From Candidatus Poseidoniaceae archaeon (GTDB taxonomy: Archaea; Thermoplasmatota; Poseidoniia; Poseidoniales; Poseidoniaceae), in assembly GCA_949373095.1 (NCBI GenBank), contig CASIBY010000001.1, positions 1,467 to 65,466 of the forward strand: DNA of 64,000 nucleotides, read 5' to 3'. A program made the position numbers and the translations under genes. Positions 9,460-17,655 of the stretch are shown in pieces; the first letter of the stretch is position 1; each line of letters opens with the position of its first letter. The notes beneath the pieces are model-generated. The model had not been told where the DNA came from. It ran no database searches and was given only the letters and a program-made list of their open reading frames with translations.

Positions 9460-9712
9460 GCGAAAGTCTCGGGATTGGAGTATATTGCTTCTCTCTCCTG
9501 TAGTGTTGTTATCGGGGTCACTTCAGGCCATTTATTCCTGTTCAGCCGGTATTGCGTCAGCCCGATTAAGCACTCAATCAAACAATGATTCGTTGAGCAT
9601 TGACAGTACCACGGGGGATACTCGTCCATTGATGTAGAGATGCTACCAGGTACCTCTATGAAATCGCACCTCGTAGTCAAACCCGTATGTCTGCGATCTC
9701 CTGGAAAAAAAT

Positions 9713-9991
9713 TTGGTGACCTTACTTGGTAAATCCTATGTTTTCGAGATGCTTTATTTTATGAATACTCGTAATAAACCTGTCAGATTTAATGAACTAA
9801 AGCGAGAATTGTCAATAACGGCAACGACCCTAAGTCGAAGACTTGATGAATTTGCATACAGTGATCTTCTGATTAGAGAAGTGTTTGCTGAAGTCCCAGC
9901 TCGAGTTGAATATTCGCTCTCAGAGAAAGGCAAATCCCTTGGTCCTGTGCTCAAGAATCTGTTCAGTTGGGTTGAAAGTAATCATTCCTGA
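9713..9991 (+). CDS. HxlR-family winged-helix transcriptional regulator
   Basis: RFNELKRELSITATTLSRRLDEF...PARVEYSLSEKGKSL is the HxlR/DUF24 signature. The ORF starts on TTG. Confidence 0.8.
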   Translation: MVTLLGKSYVFEMLYFMNTRNKPVRFNELKRELSITATTLSRRLDEFAYSDLLIREVFAEVPARVEYSLSEKGKSLGPVLKNLFSWVESNHS

Positions 9992-10011
9992 GTATCAATC
10001 CAGGATGTCCG

Positions 10012-11214
10012 TCATGAGCCTAACGGGTCAGGGCAAGCGTAGCGACGTGAACAATTTCTACATTTTCCCTCTCTTGAGTGGTTTCGTGATGCTCCGCCTT
10101 TGGCCATGGCTTCTTGAATGGTTTTGACCCGTTCGAAGAGAGAACTCTTTGTCTTCGCATTCCAATCGATGACATGTAAATCATCTTCACCATACCTGAG
10201 AATGCCGTAGGGAGGAGTTCGCCCAGTCGTGGTCTCAATGAGGTGAGCATAGGCCAGCACTTGCATCGAATGAGATTCATGAGGGCGTTTTGGAACCTTC
10301 CCTGTTTTTTGTTCCACGGGAATAAATTCTCCGTCAATAATGACGATTTGGTCTGGCCTGCCTCTGAGTCCAGTCTCTATGTCAATGAGCAAATCACTGC
10401 TTGATTCATCGTCAGAATATGCGACATCAGTCCCGACCGTGATGTTGTTTTGGTCTGCTATGTCCAAGGATTTACTGTTGGCCACCAGCGCTCGCTGAAG
10501 TTGGAAGGAAGCCAAGAGCGTCCAACAGATGGCGATGAATGCAAAAACGTAGGCAGCCTGCTCTTTATCGCTTGCAAAGCGTAGAGCCATGGAATGGAGT
10601 GCCATGACGATAGCCGCCATGAAAAATGCCACCTCAATACGGCCTCCTTCAAACCATCCGCCCTCGAAGCCTTTTGGTTCAAAATAAGGCTCAACTACAG
10701 CCTTATTCTCTGCACTGAAGTGGATGGTCGATTCTTGATGGATTTCCATTCCAATAAGTTGTCGCCAAGGAAGAAGCAGTGCGCTAATTCCTACCACTAG
10801 GCAAGATAGGGCCCATGTTGCAAGTAATTTTGAGAATTCATCAGTGTCAAAATTTGAACGACTAAATCCTCGGAACAACACGGCATCAATTACCAACACG
10901 AGAACTACGGCATACCACCACTGCCAGATGAGCAAATTGCGCTTCGTTTGAATTCTCAGATGTTGGTATTCGGAATAGATGTGATGAATTGCCTTGTGAC
11001 TTTCCTGACCCTTTACGATCTCTTCACCTTTTCCGGCATGACCATGTGCCGCTAGCGACCAAGAAAGAGGGCAATAGGTGTAACGCTCTAAGTCACTAGC
11101 ACTAACCGGCAAGAATTCCCCATTTTCCGCCATCCAGTACCCTTCGTCGGTAACCGTGGCGTTCGGGTCGGTAGGTTCGTAGGCCACTGCCTTTTCTTCA
11201 GCGCCCTCCCCCAT
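10012..11214 (-). CDS. Cas4-like PD-(D/E)xK nuclease with a 4-Cys Fe-S cluster, interrupted by a four-TM-helix insertion
   Basis: The N-terminal part has the YTYCPLSW...GQESHKAIH (C48) motif. The core has GRPD(288)...VE(301)QK(303), then QVLAYAHL (QxxxY) and the C-terminal C385-x2-C388-x5-C394. Residues about 93-245 contain four hydrophobic helices (LLIWQWWYAVVLVLVIDAVLF, LLATWALSCLVVGISALLLPW, IEVAFFMAAIVMALHSMALRF, AAYVFAFIAICWTLLASFQLQ). Confidence 0.75.
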   Translation of the reverse strand: MGEGAEEKAVAYEPTDPNATVTDEGYWMAENGEFLPVSASDLERYTYCPLSWSLAAHGHAGKGEEIVKGQESHKAIHHIYSEYQHLRIQTKRNLLIWQWWYAVVLVLVIDAVLFRGFSRSNFDTDEFSKLLATWALSCLVVGISALLLPWRQLIGMEIHQESTIHFSAENKAVVEPYFEPKGFEGGWFEGGRIEVAFFMAAIVMALHSMALRFASDKEQAAYVFAFIAICWTLLASFQLQRALVANSKSLDIADQNNITVGTDVAYSDDESSSDLLIDIETGLRGRPDQIVIIDGEFIPVEQKTGKVPKRPHESHSMQVLAYAHLIETTTGRTPPYGILRYGEDDLHVIDWNAKTKSSLFERVKTIQEAMAKGGASRNHSREGKCRNCSRRYACPDPLGS

Positions 11215-11348
11215 GAGATGCCCTGCTGCGTTCTCTTTTTGATACCTTTTCCCTCGTTGATTTCACCAAAAGCCCGAAGTCTCATGAACGCTTTTGGGAC
11301 GAAGCGGTTTAATACAGGGGGTCTGTGGGCGGCTTACTGTGGTCTATT

Positions 11349-11957
11349 ATGTCCGATGAAGGAAGTTTGTTAGTCTCCGCCGAAGCCTATGAGGAGAGCG
11401 CCGTAAACATCGGGACTCAACAGAAGAGTGCCGACATGGGCCGCTTCATTGACCGAGTCCGTGAAGACGGTCTTTACCTTCTTGATATTCACATCACAGA
11501 CGCCCGAATTCGCTCAATTGCAGCTTTCCTGAACACCTTTGATGCGCCATCAATCATGATTGTCAGCGCTCGCCAATATGGACAACGCCCCGCTCGTAAA
11601 TTTGCAGAAGCAGTTGGAGCTCACTCGGCTGTTGGCCGATTTATCCCAGGATCTTTGACCAACCCGGCACTACGTTCCTACCTTGAACCAGATGTCTTGT
11701 TCGTTACCGACCCTGCAGCAGATCAGCAAGCCCTTCGTGAAGCAGTTGCTACCGGCCTACCTATCGTAGGTATCGTCGATGCAAACAACCATCTTCGAAA
11801 CGTCGATATCGCTCTTCCTGCAAACAACAAAGGTCGTCGCTCACTCGCTTTGATTTACTGGCTCCTCGCCCGTGAAGTTCTCAAGGTTCGTGGAGAAACC
11901 ACTGATGAGGCATGGGCAGAGTCCAACGACCTCGAAGACTGGGAATCCACCTTCTGA
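11349..11957 (+). CDS. rps2: 30S ribosomal protein uS2
   Basis: LLVSAEAYEESAVNIGTQQK...FVTDPAADQQALREA...LPIVGIVDANN matches the archaeal/eukaryotic uS2 (SA) pattern. The start was placed at the ATG at 11349, inside the longer GTG-initiated ORF. Confidence 0.9.
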   Translation: MSDEGSLLVSAEAYEESAVNIGTQQKSADMGRFIDRVREDGLYLLDIHITDARIRSIAAFLNTFDAPSIMIVSARQYGQRPARKFAEAVGAHSAVGRFIPGSLTNPALRSYLEPDVLFVTDPAADQQALREAVATGLPIVGIVDANNHLRNVDIALPANNKGRRSLALIYWLLAREVLKVRGETTDEAWAESNDLEDWESTF

Positions 11958-11960
11958 GTA

Positions 11961-12986
11961 TTACACTCCGTTGGCCAAGTAGATGCTAATTGCATCAGCC
12001 ATTGCTCTAGGTGTATTTTGCTCATGCATAATGTTCCTAACTTTTTTTGCATTGGGTAAACCCTTGGTGAATGCAATAGCATGCCGCTTCATCCAACGGG
12101 CTTGAATACCAACCGTTTCTTCACACAAATCGATGTAACGGTCCCAGCACCACCTTCGTGATGCAAAGGATTGTTGGACATCATCTAACTCATACCATTC
12201 CTCATTGGAAGTAATCCAAGGTAATTCCTCTTCTTTCATCCACCCCAGGCCAACTTTGATGTCGGCAAATACGGATGGGCGTCCAATTGCACCTCGCCCA
12301 ACCATGAGTCCTGCTGCCCCTGTTTGCTCCAAGCATGCAGCCGCAGAAGCGGCATCTACAACGTCCCCATTAGCGATGACTGGGACCTCTACAGCCTCTA
12401 CAGCTTGCTTGATTGAAGTCCAGTCTGCAACACCGGTATATCTCTGGCGCAGGGTTCGTCCGTGGATGCAGAGTCGTTGTGCGCCCACCTCTTCCAAGCG
12501 CTTACAAATTTCAGTAGCGTTGTTTTGACCACTACCGGTTCCAAGTCGCATTTTAGCGGTCACTGGTGTATCTACACGTTGAACGATATCATTGACCATC
12601 CCAACCAGACGTTCTGGTTCACCCATGAGGGCAGCTCCAGCACAAATATTGGTTACTTTTGGTGCAGGGCAACCAAAATTTAGGTCGATGATGTCAGCAC
12701 TCGGTGCAAGCATTTCAGCTGCAGTAGCCATGTCTCCCGGGTCGCCTCCAAAGATTTGAGGAATGAACGGGACTTCGGCATCATGCGTTTCCATGCGACG
12801 CCATGATGTCGCCGCTTCTCGGGTTAGCGCAGTTGAGTTCGTAAATTCCGTGATGGTTACATCCGCACCACATTCCTTTGATAGCAACCGGAACGGCAAA
12901 TCCGACACTCCCGACATTGGAGCTAGAAAAAGAGGACGAGCATCACCATCCCAAGGCCCTGGGGCGGGTTGGATGTGCTCGGTCAT
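11961..12986 (-). CDS. tRNA-dihydrouridine synthase (Dus family, FMN TIM barrel)
   Basis: The Dus motifs LAPMSGVSDLPFRLL, DLNFGCPAPKV, VTAKMRLG, IHGRT and VIANGDV are all present. Confidence 0.9.
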   Translation of the reverse strand: MTEHIQPAPGPWDGDARPLFLAPMSGVSDLPFRLLSKECGADVTITEFTNSTALTREAATSWRRMETHDAEVPFIPQIFGGDPGDMATAAEMLAPSADIIDLNFGCPAPKVTNICAGAALMGEPERLVGMVNDIVQRVDTPVTAKMRLGTGSGQNNATEICKRLEEVGAQRLCIHGRTLRQRYTGVADWTSIKQAVEAVEVPVIANGDVVDAASAAACLEQTGAAGLMVGRGAIGRPSVFADIKVGLGWMKEEELPWITSNEEWYELDDVQQSFASRRWCWDRYIDLCEETVGIQARWMKRHAIAFTKGLPNAKKVRNIMHEQNTPRAMADAISIYLANGV

Positions 12987-13010
12987 GGTTTTGGCTCAAT
13001 TGAAATTGTT

Positions 13011-14141
13011 TCAAGCATTTCCCTCATCCCTTGAGGTTTCAAGGGCTTCATCGAGTAAGTTGGCGACTCGGACCATTCTCCGGAGCACACGGTCCATACG
13101 CTCCTGAACACGTCGCTGGAGGGCTTGAGGCGAGGGGCCTGAGAGGCGATATCCCATCGGAAGGCGACCGCCGAGAAGGTTTAGGAGTAACATCTGGTCC
13201 CGGGCTTCCATGGATTCCAAATGTGTTCCAACATCATCCACATTGAGAGTTTCCTTGTTCAAGGATTGGAGGAGGGTGTTTTGCTGTTTATTGCTAAGCA
13301 AACGCTGAAATCCCCCTTTTTTCAACATCCAATCTTCACCTCGTCGCTGATATTGTGTGGTCATTGCGGTCCATAACGCGACGCTTAGTCGGTCTGTACG
13401 GGCAACTCTCTCAACCATGCCAGACGCTCTGAACCGGTCTAAAATCCGCCCAATGCGAGCCTTTTGTCCTCCATGGGATTCAACTGCTTCATCAAGAGAA
13501 AGAGGGAGGTCTCGTTCCAATAGTGTCGTCATCAAGCGAACGGATAACGAATCTGCAGTAATTTCTTGGCCGGGGCGCTCACCAAGCATCCCCAAATCAT
13601 TCATCCAATGGGAAAGGACAGTTCCGTTGGAATCGTTGGGTATTGGCCTGTGGTCGGTTAAGCCAAGCATGAAGGGAGCATGTTCGGGTTCGGGCAGTTC
13701 CACTTCCATCGGTTCACCTGTTCGTTTCCAATACGGTTCCAATGCGGCCATTCTCTGGGTGAGGATAAGAGAGCAATTTTGCTGGAAAAACGCAACAGCA
13801 TTGCTCAATGAACCGCCTCTAAGGAAATAACGGCGCCATCCCTTTCCTTCATTGGTGTAGCCTACAATTCCGCTTTCTACAAGCCGTGTCAGGTGATGAT
13901 TGAGGGAGGCAGGCATTAAGGCGAGTTCATCAGCTAGCATTTGAGCGTCCCAAGCGGTATTGGGTTGACCAAACAAATGGTCTCGCAACAGTCGGTGAAC
14001 CGGGCCAGCTCTGCCATTATCGGCCATAGCATCTCCTCGCTTTCGAACCAGACAAAGAGTGTCAGTCATCCATTCGACGAGGGCGTCAACCTCGCGGTCG
14101 GTTGAGGGAAGGGGGAGTTCAACCATTCGTACCGAGAACAT
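13011..14141 (-). CDS. Multi-winged-helix (ArsR/MarR-like) DNA-binding protein, function unknown
   Basis: Two wHTH-like segments are visible (MLADELALMPASLNHHLTRLVESGIV and KARIGRILDRFRASGMVERV). No enzymatic motif is seen. Confidence 0.5.
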   Translation of the reverse strand: MFSVRMVELPLPSTDREVDALVEWMTDTLCLVRKRGDAMADNGRAGPVHRLLRDHLFGQPNTAWDAQMLADELALMPASLNHHLTRLVESGIVGYTNEGKGWRRYFLRGGSLSNAVAFFQQNCSLILTQRMAALEPYWKRTGEPMEVELPEPEHAPFMLGLTDHRPIPNDSNGTVLSHWMNDLGMLGERPGQEITADSLSVRLMTTLLERDLPLSLDEAVESHGGQKARIGRILDRFRASGMVERVARTDRLSVALWTAMTTQYQRRGEDWMLKKGGFQRLLSNKQQNTLLQSLNKETLNVDDVGTHLESMEARDQMLLLNLLGGRLPMGYRLSGPSPQALQRRVQERMDRVLRRMVRVANLLDEALETSRDEGNA

Positions 14142-14238
14142 TCTGGCTACCGAAGAGAAGCCAGTGGCGGAAGCCTTTGAAGTCTATGCAGTAAATGCCG
14201 CTCAAGCGATAGATTTCAAAAGAAGTTCAGAGGAGCGG

Positions 14239-14907
14239 TCACGCCGTCCTTCGTTCGTCCTTCCATTCGTAATCCACGCTACCATGGGGTTGCCAGCACA
14301 TATCAAGGTCAATATGTGGCATGAGTTCAATGCGGTCATCTCGCAAAATACCACGTCGTCGTAGTACCTTTACAGCACTGTGCACGGTAGCCCGAGTTCT
14401 TCCGAGACGTCGGGCAAGTTCTGCTTGTGATCTGGGGACGCCCTCACGATCAATGTTTTCCAAAATTAAGCGTTGTACGAGCGAAAGCCCAATCGGGAGA
14501 CTTTGGGCCATTCTTTCTTCTCCGATCACTGTGCTTCGGAGAACTTCAACTTGACTTGGTGCTCCTGCAAAATAGCATGTTCGGCCGTTGACTGGAAGAA
14601 TTGTGACTGATTTATGAGTTTGGAGAACGTCAAGATGGTGTCTCAATGTTCCATTGGCGGTATTCATTGCAGTTTGTAATTCACGGTAGCACAAGCCGGG
14701 ATGTGCCTCTAAGGTGGAAAGGATTCTTCGCCGCAACGGGTGCTCATGGTGGGTTGCTTTGGTTCGGATTCCCCCCATTGTCATAGCGCCAACGGCACCT
14801 GCTGCTGCAGCCACACCTCCAGCCAGCCCGGTAACACTGCTGGCCGCTCCAGCCAAACCAGCAGCTAGCCATGGTCGCTGACGCACCCATTGGGAGAGGA
14901 GAGGCAT
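14239..14907 (-). CDS. Membrane-tethered double winged-helix transcriptional regulator
   Basis: It has an N-terminal Gly/Ala-rich hydrophobic segment (AAGLAGAASSVTGLAGGVAAAAGAVGAM). This is followed by an ArsR-like wHTH (RRRILSTLEAHPGLCYRELQ...TLRHHLDVL) and a MarR/Lrp-like HTH (SQAELARRLGRTRATVHSAVKVLRRRGIL). Confidence 0.55.
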   Translation of the reverse strand: MPLLSQWVRQRPWLAAGLAGAASSVTGLAGGVAAAAGAVGAMTMGGIRTKATHHEHPLRRRILSTLEAHPGLCYRELQTAMNTANGTLRHHLDVLQTHKSVTILPVNGRTCYFAGAPSQVEVLRSTVIGEERMAQSLPIGLSLVQRLILENIDREGVPRSQAELARRLGRTRATVHSAVKVLRRRGILRDDRIELMPHIDLDMCWQPHGSVDYEWKDERRTA

Positions 14908-15020
14908 ACGCTGAGGTTGGTCTTCTCCTCCCTTAAACCATCGCCGTTTTGAGTCGCACTTTCACTGCTTGAATAAGCCGTTAATATACCCTTGAAAGCG
15001 TTAACTTATGGTAGAATTTT

Positions 15021-15836
15021 ATGATAAAAAACAAGAGAAATGAAACGATTGAATCCCAGTTACAATCAGCGTTGGACCAAGGAGCAAACGTGTGGGTCAT
15101 CGGAGATATTCACGGATTTTATCAAAGTTTTATTTCGCTCCTTGAACAGTTGAATCTTGGAATAAACGACCGAGTAGTTTTGTTGGGCGACCTCATTGAC
15201 CGAGGCCCGAATTCTTACGGTGTTATACACACTGCACGAACAAATGAACAGATGTTCTGCGTAAAAGGAAATCACGAGGCTATGATGGCAGAAAATTTCT
15301 CATTTGAGCAACTGGAAAATCCAAACATAGACATGTTAGTTTGGATGAATAACGGCGGGAATACAACCATTCGTTCGTATCTGGATGCCTTCAACAATGC
15401 GTCGACGACATCGGATCGTCAAGTCATGGAAAAACAACTCCAGAATGATATCAAATGGATTGAAACTCTCCCTCTCCATATTGTCCTCAAGAACTGGCGA
15501 TTGATACATGCAGGTTACAGCCCCAACCTTCCGCTTGATGAACAAACAGAAGAAGAATACTTGTGGGTGAGGAAGGAATTTCACCAGGCTCCTGAACCTG
15601 TTGATGCCGAACGAACTGTTGTGTTTGGTCATACTCCAACGGTGAGCCTTCCAGGGCACACAGAGCTATCGTGGGGAAAAGTATGGCGTAATGAAGTGTG
15701 TCTGGAAAACAGCCGACCGGCATCAATAGGCATTGATACGTGTTTGTATCATGGAAAGCATGGGATGCCTGCAGTCTTAACCGCCTTCAACCTTCAGGAC
15801 GAGAGTGTAGTTCAGCAAAATAGAGTTGAGCCTTGA
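15021..15836 (+). CDS. Metallophosphoesterase (PPP-family Ser/Thr phosphatase or ApaH-like)
   Basis: The canonical motifs GDIHG, GDLIDRGP and GNHE are present, followed by a later GH motif (VVFGHTP). Confidence 0.85.
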   Translation: MIKNKRNETIESQLQSALDQGANVWVIGDIHGFYQSFISLLEQLNLGINDRVVLLGDLIDRGPNSYGVIHTARTNEQMFCVKGNHEAMMAENFSFEQLENPNIDMLVWMNNGGNTTIRSYLDAFNNASTTSDRQVMEKQLQNDIKWIETLPLHIVLKNWRLIHAGYSPNLPLDEQTEEEYLWVRKEFHQAPEPVDAERTVVFGHTPTVSLPGHTELSWGKVWRNEVCLENSRPASIGIDTCLYHGKHGMPAVLTAFNLQDESVVQQNRVEP

Positions 15837-15838
15837 CT

Positions 15839-16348
15839 TCATTCAGGTTGAACTGAGCCCATCTTCACTTTGAGGTGTGCTACTAGCGGCGAGAGAAGTC
15901 TGCCGCAAGTCAAGCCGTGCTGGCTGAGTTCGTAATTGACTTTGACAGGAGGTCCTTCGGTAACCAGGCGCAAGACCAGCCCTTCCTCGGTTAGAAATCG
16001 CAACTTATCCGAAAGCGTTCTGCTTGAAATACCACTAAGCATGTTCTTCATTTCATTGAATCGGCGAGGGCCAGTAATGTACAATGTTGCAAGAATCTCG
16101 ATGGTCCATCGGGACCCGAATACGTGAAGAGCTTCTACTGCTGCTTCAACTTCCCAATCTGCGTTAAAGGGCCCTTGATTGGAGTAATTAGCCAGGGTTG
16201 AACGAATGATTTTGCCGTTGGTGAGTGTACTCTCGATGTTATTTTGAAGAGATTCAAATGCATCGGTTGGAATTTTCATCGGTGGCGTTGGCATGGGATT
16301 CAAATGGCCACAGGTGCCACCACTACTTGATTTCTTTTCCACACTCAA
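15839..16348 (-). CDS. HxlR-family winged-helix transcriptional regulator with an N-terminal extension
   Basis: FGSRWTIEILATLYITGPRRFNEMKNMLSGISSRTLSDKLRFLTEEGLVLR...VNYELSQHG is the HxlR signature. Confidence 0.8.
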   Translation of the reverse strand: MSVEKKSSSGGTCGHLNPMPTPPMKIPTDAFESLQNNIESTLTNGKIIRSTLANYSNQGPFNADWEVEAAVEALHVFGSRWTIEILATLYITGPRRFNEMKNMLSGISSRTLSDKLRFLTEEGLVLRLVTEGPPVKVNYELSQHGLTCGRLLSPLVAHLKVKMGSVQPE

Positions 16349-16427
16349 TGTCGCTCTGCGTCTAGATGCACGTCATGACGAAATCTTCAGGTGATTCTTT
16401 CAAGAAGTCCAGCACCTTCCCCAGTTC

Positions 16428-17612
16428 ATGGCTCAAGACAAGGACACGCACCCTAAGCGGCGCGTGTTGCTTGTCCGTGGAGGAATACTCTCACGCTATT
16501 CCGGGCTTGGAGGTGCCTTTCACGATCTAAGAACTTCGCTTCAAGAAGGTCAAATTAGAGACTGGGAATGTGCTGGTACAGAAGAGTACAACCTTCCTGC
16601 AGGCGCTTCGGGATTGCGACGTATTATGAAACGCTGGTTCGGACATCCAAAGCAAATAGGGCGAAGCGTTCGTAACTTGCACAATACCGGTTCGCTTGAC
16701 TTAATTCATGTAGCTGACCAGGAACAGGCTCATTTGATTCCGAAGCATTCTCCTGTTCCTGTAGTTGTTTACATCCACGATTTCTTTCACCTTTTCCCGG
16801 AAACGATTTCCCTCAATGGAGAGCGTATTGAAGTGGGGGAGCAACGGCCACCTTTGTACAGGCGCTCTGATTTGAAACGTTTGATGAAAGGGATCGGTCG
16901 AGCCAACGCTATCATCTGTAACACGCAAGCAACGGAGTCGTTGTGTCGGAAGCATTTCCCTGACAAACCCCTCTATCGTATCCCCTATGGGTTGGATACT
17001 GCAAAATTCGCTCCTGTCTCACCTCTGCCTTCTCCACCAAGTGGACTTTCATCGGCGAATTGCAACCTTTTGATAGTTGGAAGTCACGACCCAAGAAAGC
17101 GTTTGAAGTTCCTTATTAGAATGTTAAGCAAATTACCTGAAGAACTTCTTCAGTCATTGATGGTTCATCACATCGGCGGCGATTTCTGCCCCTATGGAGG
17201 TATGGCTGCAAGCGAATATGCATCTCAGCATAGTGTTCCTTGGACTCAAGTTGGGGGTGACATCAGCGATAACGTACTCAATCATTATCGATGGCACACT
17301 GAGGCCCTTCTGTTTCCTTCGGGGGCTGAAGGGTTTGGCTACCCTCCTGTTGAATCCATGGCTGCAGGTCAACCCGTTCTTGCGTCGAATCGACCAGCGC
17401 ACAACGAATTGATGCCGGATGGACAATGCATTGATGCTGAAGACGAAGATGCTTGGCGAGAAGCAATTCAAGAGATTCATGCCCGTTGGGTGGCTCGGAG
17501 CGGAGCAGACCGCGAACCCGACCAGAACCTCATCAAACACGTTGAATTTCTATCACCAGAGCGTTTCCATCGAGATATGAGCGATGCTTGGGCCGAGATT
17601 TCGTCATTGTGA
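16428..17612 (+). CDS. Glycosyltransferase, GT-B fold (GT4-like)
   Basis: The C-terminal GT1/GT4 signature is present (LLFPSGAEGFGYPPVESMAAGQPVLASN). The N-terminal Rossmann-like half begins VLLVRGG. Confidence 0.75.
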   Translation: MAQDKDTHPKRRVLLVRGGILSRYSGLGGAFHDLRTSLQEGQIRDWECAGTEEYNLPAGASGLRRIMKRWFGHPKQIGRSVRNLHNTGSLDLIHVADQEQAHLIPKHSPVPVVVYIHDFFHLFPETISLNGERIEVGEQRPPLYRRSDLKRLMKGIGRANAIICNTQATESLCRKHFPDKPLYRIPYGLDTAKFAPVSPLPSPPSGLSSANCNLLIVGSHDPRKRLKFLIRMLSKLPEELLQSLMVHHIGGDFCPYGGMAASEYASQHSVPWTQVGGDISDNVLNHYRWHTEALLFPSGAEGFGYPPVESMAAGQPVLASNRPAHNELMPDGQCIDAEDEDAWREAIQEIHARWVARSGADREPDQNLIKHVEFLSPERFHRDMSDAWAEISSL

Positions 17613-17655
17613 ACCATCCGTATGCTTCATGAGCATCGTTTGATTGCGCAGTAAC

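Noticed and set aside
9460-9712. The largest intergenic gap; considered for a C/D-box sRNA or other ncRNA (imperfect hairpin gcactcaa...ttgagcat, TGATG-like boxes)
   Set aside because: The C (RUGAUGA) and D (CUGA) boxes are not both present at proper spacing, and the hairpin is weak. Without covariation or expression data I cannot support an RNA gene. The gap probably holds the divergent GNAT and HxlR promoters.
10012-11214. A CRISPR-Cas locus implied by the Cas4-like gene
   Set aside because: I scanned the window for regularly spaced direct repeats of 24-40 bp and for other cas signatures and found none. The gene is treated as a solo Cas4-family nuclease.
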